Below, in pieces: positions 57,442 to 64,000 of a stretch of 64,000 nucleotides of DNA; within the stretch, counting starts at the first letter, position 1, and the number at the start of each line of letters is the position of its first letter. The position numbers and the translations under genes were made by a program. The notes under the pieces are model-generated. The model worked only from the letters and a program-made list of their open reading frames with translations, did no database searches and was not told the origin of the DNA. Source of the stretch: a virus; IMG/VR virus record IMGVR_UViG_3300034071_000719, positions 1-64,000 of that record. One strand, 5' to 3'.

Positions 57442-60052
57442 TGTGTTTTATAAAGGCGCAAAGCCTAACCTATTTCCTTTTGAACTGCCCGCCGATACAT
57501 TAGAAGAAGCCGCAAGTTTAAGTCGTACTAAGTTCTTTTGGTTCATCGATGGGCAGAATGATTACAATGGATTTGATTTTAATTTCCGTGCAGTACCATG
57601 GGAAGAGCATCAAATACACACTTGGCCAAACCAATGGCAAGTAGATGGCGGCACATACTTTGCTAACAAGTATACTATCCAAGATAAAACACATAACTTT
57701 CATACAGAAACATATACACATCGTTTGCCTAATTTAGATTTCTGGCACATACCCGCTAATATAGATTCTAAAAGTATTAATACAAGATGGGCACCTGACC
57801 CGTTAGATCCGCCTTACATATATCAGTTTCCTGTTAAGTGGGGATGGGATAAAATTGGTGGCCCAGAGTATCGTGTACCTGGTGCAACCGAAATTAAGTT
57901 TGTAGATGATTTCTCTGCTCGTACACTTAGCGATATGTCATTGTGGAATGTACCTGCTAACATTGATAAAGAATCATTTGATTTTAGTTGGGCACCTCAC
58001 CCGGCAGAAGAGCCATACATATATAAATTTCCAACAGTATGGAATGCAGTTGGCGGACCAGAATATCGTGTACCCGGTGCTACAAAAGAAAAGTATATTG
58101 ATGTTGTAGTAGCACGTACATTGCCAGATCGTACACTGTGGACTATACCAGAAGAAGTTAATGCAGATACTGTAGACTTTGGCTGGGTTCCTCATCCGCA
58201 AGACCCTCCTTACATATATCACTTTGGCACAGAATTTCAATCAAGCATTGGCTTAACATATACAATGCCGGACGCAACCGAAGTTAAATTTGCTGGACCT
58301 ATTCCGGAATTAGGACAGCACGATAATCCAGTATTACAAGTGTTAGACATATTCTTTATTGATAAGAGTAATGCCAGTTCTACTGCACGTTACGAAAAGT
58401 TAATTGAACAGTATCCACATGCACAAAAGATACGTTATGTTAATTCGATGATTGATACAATTAAACGTTGTATCGTACGTACAAAGACAAGTAAGTTTTG
58501 GGTTATTAGTAGTGAAAATATCTACGATGACTTTAACTTTGCGTGGCATGCGCAACCGTGGCAAAGTTATATGACACATGTATTTGGTTCACAACATCAG
58601 AAGTGGAGTGACACATACTTAATTAATAAATGGGAATTTGAACGTACAACTACTTGGGCAAACAGCTTAGAGGAATTTCCAAACCTTAACTTCGTACAAG
58701 ATCAAAGTATTGTAATTCCAGATAACTTACATGATATTTACTTTGTAGATCACGGTAACGAAAATGATCAACTTGAACAATTACAAAAGAAACATACCGA
58801 CATTAAAATAACACGCTATGTTGACAACTATCTCGATACCTTTAAACGTATTATGTCAACTGCAACAACAGAACATGTGTGGATAATTAGTAGCCTATGT
58901 GATTACACACGCTTTGACTTTAGTTGGCAACCCGAGCCGTGGCAGAAAGAAATGATACATGTGTTTCCAAGTAACAATCAGGAACGCGGTGACACATTCT
59001 ATATACATGTAGAAAGTTTTAAACTGCAAATGGTTGAGCTTGCATTATTAGATTGGTTTAATGTTATTAACTACTGTAAAGAACAACGTGTACCACGTCT
59101 ACCTATTCCTGTAGTTGAATACAGTGGCGACAACTTAATTGAAGTAATTAAGTCGCATGAATTTAACCATCCGTTTACATGGTTTTATAACTACAAGCTG
59201 GGTGTAGTGTATAACCCGAGCATTTGGTATGCAAAAGACCGTCAAATCGTTGGTTTTTCAGCCGGAAATAGCTATGTTTTGGTGCCTAGAGACGCCAAAT
59301 CTGTTATCAATACACAGGCATACGATTATCCGTATATTACTAAAATGCCTATGTTTAATGAACATGCACTAGATATTATCTATATTAGTAACGGTGAACC
59401 CGAAGCCGAAAAATGGTACAAACATTTAATTAGTACAGTAGATCAAACACGTAGATCAGTTAGACGTGTACAAAATGTTAATGGGCGAGCCAACGCATAC
59501 AAAGCGGCCGCTGAATTAAGTGAAACTCCATGGTTCTTTGCTGTGTTTGCTAAGTTAGAAGTTGTTGAAGACTTTGATTGGGAGTGGCAACCCGACTACT
59601 TGCAAGGTCCTAAGCACTACATATTCCATGCCAAAAATCCAGTCAACGGATTAGAGTATGGACACATGGGTGTAATTGCGTATAACAAGCGTTTAGTGCT
59701 TGAAACAAACGATAGTGGACTTGACTTTACACTAAGCAAAGCACACGCTGTAGTACCTGTATTAAGTGCTATAGCGCATTATAACACTACACCAGAGCTA
59801 ACATGGCGTACTGCATTTAGAGAGTGTATTAAACTACGTGATGATGTACGTAAAGTTGCCGGAGTTGAGAGTGATTACAGACTTGATGAGTGGTTACATA
59901 AAGCAGAAGGTGCTAATGCAGAATGGAGCATTAAGGGCGCAGAAGATGCAATTATGTACTACGATGAAGTCGATGGTGATATGGATAAACTAATGCTGAC
60001 GTTTGAATGGGATTGGCTAAAACAGTATTACGCTACCAAGTACACTCTTTAA
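57434..60052 (+). CDS. Multi-domain glycosyltransferase-like protein with internal repeats
   Basis: Several GT-A-like segments (FFWFIDG, FWVISS, VWIISS, FFAVFAK); the C-terminal domain resembles 40025..40921. Confidence 0.6.
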   Translation: MFDVFYKGAKPNLFPFELPADTLEEAASLSRTKFFWFIDGQNDYNGFDFNFRAVPWEEHQIHTWPNQWQVDGGTYFANKYTIQDKTHNFHTETYTHRLPNLDFWHIPANIDSKSINTRWAPDPLDPPYIYQFPVKWGWDKIGGPEYRVPGATEIKFVDDFSARTLSDMSLWNVPANIDKESFDFSWAPHPAEEPYIYKFPTVWNAVGGPEYRVPGATKEKYIDVVVARTLPDRTLWTIPEEVNADTVDFGWVPHPQDPPYIYHFGTEFQSSIGLTYTMPDATEVKFAGPIPELGQHDNPVLQVLDIFFIDKSNASSTARYEKLIEQYPHAQKIRYVNSMIDTIKRCIVRTKTSKFWVISSENIYDDFNFAWHAQPWQSYMTHVFGSQHQKWSDTYLINKWEFERTTTWANSLEEFPNLNFVQDQSIVIPDNLHDIYFVDHGNENDQLEQLQKKHTDIKITRYVDNYLDTFKRIMSTATTEHVWIISSLCDYTRFDFSWQPEPWQKEMIHVFPSNNQERGDTFYIHVESFKLQMVELALLDWFNVINYCKEQRVPRLPIPVVEYSGDNLIEVIKSHEFNHPFTWFYNYKLGVVYNPSIWYAKDRQIVGFSAGNSYVLVPRDAKSVINTQAYDYPYITKMPMFNEHALDIIYISNGEPEAEKWYKHLISTVDQTRRSVRRVQNVNGRANAYKAAAELSETPWFFAVFAKLEVVEDFDWEWQPDYLQGPKHYIFHAKNPVNGLEYGHMGVIAYNKRLVLETNDSGLDFTLSKAHAVVPVLSAIAHYNTTPELTWRTAFRECIKLRDDVRKVAGVESDYRLDEWLHKAEGANAEWSIKGAEDAIMYYDEVDGDMDKLMLTFEWDWLKQYYATKYTL
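57743..58300 (+). repeat. Three ~65-aa tandem repeats
   Basis: W.IP..(I/V)...W.P.P.(D/E).PYIY.F.....GPEYRVPGATE.K units starting at 57743, 57944 and 58139. Confidence 0.85.
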
Positions 60053-61124
60053 TAGCATCAACAACTGCTTCAACTTCTGCATCAGTCATCTCAGGATAGA
60101 TTGGTAAACTCAAACACGTTTTACTAAACTGTTCTGCTCCAACTAATACTTCGTGTCCGCCAATTACGCCCATCATGTGCAATGGTGCAGTATAATGTAT
60201 CTTAGTTTCTATGCCCATTGCATGTAAATCTGAGAATAAGCGTGAACGTTCTGGATAGTGTATAACAAACTTATGCCAAGCATGTTCGACATTATGATGT
60301 ATAGGAATCATCTGCACTGGCCCATCTAATTCTTCTGTGTAGTATTCTGCAATGTTCTTACGACGCTGTTGCCACGCATCAAAATGCCGTAACTTAACTA
60401 ACATCTGAGCACAATCAACCTCACTCATTTTGCTGTTAGTACCAACAGTGTAATGTTCCGATACCTTACCGTTATCACGCATATTAAGACATAGTTCAGC
60501 AAACTCGGCATCATCAGTTAGTATCATTCCACCACTGCCATAGTTAGGAAAATTCTTAGTCGGGTCAAAACTTAAACAACTAATGTCGCCTAACTTGCCA
60601 CTCGGAACGCCACGATAATAAGCACCAAACGATTGTGCCGCATCTTCGATTACAGGTATGCGATGACTATTAAAGAACGTAACATACGTTTGTAACTTAT
60701 CGTAGTCAATAATATTACCAAACAAGTTAACGTACATAACAGCCGCAATTTCATCTGGCTCTACCGGTATACTATCGAGATTAATTAACCCTGTTATAGG
60801 GTCAACATCACAAAACACAGGCTCAAATCCAGCTTCGAATACAACATTAACTGTAGCGGCAAAACTTTGACTAGGGATTAGCACTTTATTTTTATGGAAT
60901 AAAGAATAGAAGTCAATAGCTCGTAAAGCAAAGACAAGTGCCTGGGTACAACTATTAACAGCGACAGCATACTTACGTTCTGTTAAGTTAGCAATAGTCT
61001 GTTCAAACGTTTTAGTGTATTGCCCATCTAATACTTGCCCACCGGAATACACCACGTCGGTTACATCAAGTATCTCCTCACGGATTGTTTTATATTGTCG
61101 ATCTACACCAAAGAATGGAATCAT
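60033..61124 (-). CDS. DegT/DnrJ/EryC1/StrS sugar aminotransferase, full length
   Basis: AVAVNSCT.AL, IEDAAQSFG, SFDPTKN...GSGGMILTDD, GTNSKM, LSLPIYP. Confidence 0.93.
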   Translation of the reverse strand: MIPFFGVDRQYKTIREEILDVTDVVYSGGQVLDGQYTKTFEQTIANLTERKYAVAVNSCTQALVFALRAIDFYSLFHKNKVLIPSQSFAATVNVVFEAGFEPVFCDVDPITGLINLDSIPVEPDEIAAVMYVNLFGNIIDYDKLQTYVTFFNSHRIPVIEDAAQSFGAYYRGVPSGKLGDISCLSFDPTKNFPNYGSGGMILTDDAEFAELCLNMRDNGKVSEHYTVGTNSKMSEVDCAQMLVKLRHFDAWQQRRKNIAEYYTEELDGPVQMIPIHHNVEHAWHKFVIHYPERSRLFSDLHAMGIETKIHYTAPLHMMGVIGGHEVLVGAEQFSKTCLSLPIYPEMTDAEVEAVVDAIKECTW

Positions 61125-62107
61125 AGCGGAAGTTGGTCACGCCAGTAAGGAGAGAATTTAAACCACTCATGATAACGAGCAAATCCTTCTTCTACGTTAA
61201 CTGTTGGATTGTACCCAAAGTCCGCAACTGCACTAGTAATGCTTAATCTACCACGTGTTGGAAATGCTAAATCACGTTCTGCAACTTCGATACTACCTTT
61301 ACCTGCAATGCTTACAGCAAGTTTAGCGGCATCAAGCAATGTATATTCTGCTTCTGATGAACGTGTAATATTGTAAATTCTATTGTTGGCATTATCGCTT
61401 AATGCGGCTTGAGCAATGCCCATTGCAGTATCTTCAACGTATGTAAAGTCTAGCACCTCATTGGCACCTTTAACTTTTAATACTTCACCACGCATTGCCG
61501 CAAGCATAAACTTACTAACAACTCTATCTTCGATATCCCACGGACCGTATACAGCACTTGGGCGAATGATAGTATGCGCAAAGCAGCCACGGCGAGTATA
61601 ATCAGCTACAAGTTTCTCGCCCATATACTTCATAATGCCGTATTGCCCAATTGGATTACAATCAACATACTCGTCGACACCATCGAACAAGCCATCTTTA
61701 AAGTCACCATATATCATTGAACTGCTAATGTACACAAACTTCTTAATGTTATAACGTGCGCTTGCTTCAAGTAAATTGATTAGGCCCGTGGTCATTACTT
61801 CTGACCCAAGTATTGGATTTTGGCTTACTACATTTTGTCGTGGAAAGCTAGCGAGATGTATTACTAACTCTGGACGTACTGCGCTAAAAATACTGTCGAT
61901 ATGATTAACGCTACATATATCAGTATGTATGACACGTGAGTTAAAACGTTCTTTACGTGAAGATTTAAGATAATTCAATTCCTTTTTTGGTATAAAGCCA
62001 TAGTCTGTTGTAGTGTCAACGACGATGCACTCATGCCCTTGCTGTTCTAATATGCGAGTTACATTATGTCCGATAAACCCTGCACCGCCTGTGATTATTA
62101 TTTTCAT
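61121..62107 (-). CDS. NAD-dependent nucleotide-sugar epimerase/dehydratase
   Basis: TGGAGFIG, VIHLA, SSSMIYG, YGIMK (YxxxK), R...VYGP, DFTYVED. Confidence 0.93.
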   Translation of the reverse strand: MKIIITGGAGFIGHNVTRILEQQGHECIVVDTTTDYGFIPKKELNYLKSSRKERFNSRVIHTDICSVNHIDSIFSAVRPELVIHLASFPRQNVVSQNPILGSEVMTTGLINLLEASARYNIKKFVYISSSMIYGDFKDGLFDGVDEYVDCNPIGQYGIMKYMGEKLVADYTRRGCFAHTIIRPSAVYGPWDIEDRVVSKFMLAAMRGEVLKVKGANEVLDFTYVEDTAMGIAQAALSDNANNRIYNITRSSEAEYTLLDAAKLAVSIAGKGSIEVAERDLAFPTRGRLSITSAVADFGYNPTVNVEEGFARYHEWFKFSPYWRDQLPL

Positions 62108-62439
62108 TTCCAGTCCGTTTGATGCACAAAAAATCGTAGACTATAATCTACATATTGGCGTTCAGTAATATCGCCGTATATAATACACATCTTACCCCAT
62201 GCATAGTATATTTCATCTTCCATAAATGCAAGTTTAATGTCATTATCATCAACCCATTGTGCTTGTGGAGTCAGTTTAAATTCTTCTGCAACCTTCCAAA
62301 ATATCTCATTATTGTGCATGTCGGCAGCTTCATTCATATCCACCATTTTTGTAAAAAACCTAACACGATGAGTATTAACTTCTTTAGATTGCCATCGGTG
62401 CTTTAATGCTTGCGAGTGATTCATAGCCATTGAGTGCAA
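62104..62439 (-). CDS. Hypothetical protein (start uncertain, possibly the ATG at 62346)
   Basis: Fills the gap between thyA and the epimerase; ATGA overlap with the epimerase start. Confidence 0.55.
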   Translation of the reverse strand: MHSMAMNHSQALKHRWQSKEVNTHRVRFFTKMVDMNEAADMHNNEIFWKVAEEFKLTPQAQWVDDNDIKLAFMEDEIYYAWGKMCIIYGDITERQYVDYSLRFFVHQTDWK

Positions 62440-63232
62440 AGTCCTTTATAGTAAAGTGATTTATGTCAGTGACATCTGGGTTAATCCAAAGTTGTGGTGC
62501 AGGTAATGGTTCACGTTGCAGTTGTTCGTTTACCTGATCGACATGATTCAAATATATGTGGGCATCACCAAGAACGTGAACGAATTCGCCTACTCCAAGT
62601 CCGCACACTTGGGCAATCATGTGTGTTAGAAGTGAATAGGACGCTATGTTGAAGGGAATTCCCAAAAACATATCGCATGATCGCTGGTATAATTGACACG
62701 ACAACTTATTGTCAGCACTGACATAAAACTGGGCAAAACAGTGACACGGTGGTAGAGCCATAGAGCTTAATTCTCCAGGGTTCCACGCTGTTAGTATATG
62801 TCGTCGTCCGTGTGGGTCTGTTTTAATATTGTGGATAAGTTCTGCTAGTTGATCTACTTCCTTTCCATCTGGTGTTTTCCAATGTCGCCACTGTACACCA
62901 TACACTCGACCTAAGTCGCCTTCGAATGTAGATTTAAGTAGCCAATACGGAGATGTTGCATTGTCTGTCCAGATTGTACGTTTACTCTCGTCACGTGTGC
63001 CATGCAGTATTTCTGCAAGCCTACGTTCATCACCACTACCTTCAATAAACCAAAGTAGTTCAGATACAACAGCCTTCCATGCTAGTTTCTTTGTAGTAAT
63101 AGCAGGAAAGGACTGTGCAAGATTATAACGTTGTTGCATACCGAACACACCAATTGTACCTGTTGATGTGCGGTCTGGTCTTACTGTACCATTGTCTAGT
63201 ACAAATTTGAGTGATTCGAGATAGGTTTTCAT
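62384..63232 (-). CDS. thyA: Thymidylate synthase
   Basis: DRTSTGT, ELLWF, LGRVYGVQWR, RRHIL.AWN, MALPPCH, YQRSCD.FLG.PFNIASY, DAHIY.NH. Confidence 0.97.
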   Translation of the reverse strand: MKTYLESLKFVLDNGTVRPDRTSTGTIGVFGMQQRYNLAQSFPAITTKKLAWKAVVSELLWFIEGSGDERRLAEILHGTRDESKRTIWTDNATSPYWLLKSTFEGDLGRVYGVQWRHWKTPDGKEVDQLAELIHNIKTDPHGRRHILTAWNPGELSSMALPPCHCFAQFYVSADNKLSCQLYQRSCDMFLGIPFNIASYSLLTHMIAQVCGLGVGEFVHVLGDAHIYLNHVDQVNEQLQREPLPAPQLWINPDVTDINHFTIKDFALNGYESLASIKAPMAI

Positions 63233-63238
63233 AATACT

Positions 63239-63267
63239 ATTATAACATAATTATATTAAACGGTCAA
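63239..63267 (-). promoter_or_regulatory. Sigma70 promoter predicted to give a leaderless thyA mRNA
   Basis: TTGACC-17 nt-TATAAT with TGn extension; 6 nt to the ATG; no Shine-Dalgarno. Confidence 0.7.
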
Positions 63268-64000
63268 TTAAATAATCAAAAATTATTTTATGTCCGTGTC
63301 TATTAGGGTGTCCCCCATCTGGCCAAAATAACTCCTTCTCCTCTATTAGCGAATCTTGTAGTTTTTTAAAAACTACCAACTTATCTAAACTATCTATATC
63401 AAATAGTCTGTTAATCTTTTTATGCCAGGCCGAGTGCCAAATAATCGGGTGGATATAGTGTGGTAATAAGAATTCTGGAACACTGTTAATAACTGGATGT
63501 AAATTATTAAATTCACCCAATAATTCTACAGCTAATTTACTACACCCCCCGAGGCAATTTATTTTTTTACCCAATGAATTTAATTCATAATATGATTGCT
63601 TTAGTAATTCTTGTTGGCGATATAACAAGCTATCAATGGTGCGGAACTCGTACTCAAAATTTGTATATGGAGCTAAATTTCTAAGGGGATCTGTTTGAAA
63701 CCAAATAATATGATCGTAGTCCGTTAAGGTCAGTTGGCTTAATTGACAAATAGCATGATTAATTGATTCCCCTGCGCGAGAAATATTTGTTACAATATGA
63801 CCTGCATCTTCAAAATATTGCTGTAGACCGGTGTGTAACACTGTATAGTATCCTATATCGTCACCAAAAGTTGTTAAATCAAATCCGGCAGTTGTTAATT
63901 CTAGTTGAACCCATGCAGGCAAGGTGGTATGAAATCCGAACGGCGGGCACTCGGGCCAATCAACTCCTTTGAGTGTATTGTAGTAAGTGACCCACACATC
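63251..64000 (-). CDS. SGNH-like protein, 5' end beyond the window edge
   Basis: NISRAGESI, WFQTDPLR, C-terminal DGGHPNRHGH; the frame is open to the window end. Confidence 0.6.
   Translation of the reverse strand, partial: DVWVTYYNTLKGVDWPECPPFGFHTTLPAWVQLELTTAGFDLTTFGDDIGYYTVLHTGLQQYFEDAGHIVTNISRAGESINHAICQLSQLTLTDYDHIIWFQTDPLRNLAPYTNFEYEFRTIDSLLYRQQELLKQSYYELNSLGKKINCLGGCSKLAVELLGEFNNLHPVINSVPEFLLPHYIHPIIWHSAWHKKINRLFDIDSLDKLVVFKKLQDSLIEEKELFWPDGGHPNRHGHKIIFDYLIDRLI

Noticed and set aside
62340-62400. Programmed frameshift fusing thyA to the downstream ORF
   Set aside because: ThyA ends in a normal C-terminus (APMAI) and no clear slippery site precedes its stop; only the downstream start is uncertain.
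62384-63232. Group I intron in thyA, or identity as dCMP hydroxymethylase
   Set aside because: The ORF is continuous and of normal length, with the dUMP-specific Asn.
1853-63972. Numerous short antisense or alternate-frame ORFs in the track (e.g. 1853..2206, 12630..13121, 24189..24593, 30338..30787, 52221..52580)
   Set aside because: They lie within well-supported genes, show no recognisable motifs and are expected shadow ORFs.
1-64000. CRISPR array, tRNA genes, DGR/retron reverse transcriptase, integrase
   Set aside because: No regularly spaced direct repeats, cloverleafs or RT/integrase motifs seen by eye; intergenic gaps other than 1-331 are short.
1-64000. Stop-codon reassignment, as in some large phages
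   Set aside because: Genes are full length under the standard code, and TAA, TAG and TGA all end well-supported genes.

Overview
A 64-kb fragment of a large, AT-rich, T4-superfamily-like myophage genome using the standard genetic code. From left to right it has five parts. (i) A non-coding, stem-rich region runs off the left edge, just downstream of a small GIY-YIG nuclease and a histone-H1-like protein. (ii) A minus-strand operon carries gp55 (late sigma factor), a homing endonuclease, gp47 and gp46, interrupted by SGNH-like and sulfotransferase-like genes. (iii) A ~30-kb plus-strand baseplate/tail-fibre module includes gp53-, hub-, gp5-, gp25- and gp6-like genes, a 4255-aa giant wedge protein and several fibres, preceded by TAAATA late-promoter motifs. 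(iv) A ~22-kb tightly overlapping enzyme cluster follows the fibres directly. It holds glycosyltransferases, a sugar acetyltransferase, a DegT aminotransferase, seven tandem twitch-type radical SAM genes, SGNH proteins, an unannotated 33-aa peptide, a carbamoyltransferase, an APS-kinase-like protein, dCMP deaminase and a multi-domain GT-like protein. (v) A convergent thyA-epimerase-aminotransferase operon closes the window. The best candidates for new biology are the radical-SAM/glycan-tailoring cluster and the putative structured ncRNA beside the GIY-YIG gene. All product calls come from motifs read by eye; no database searches were run.
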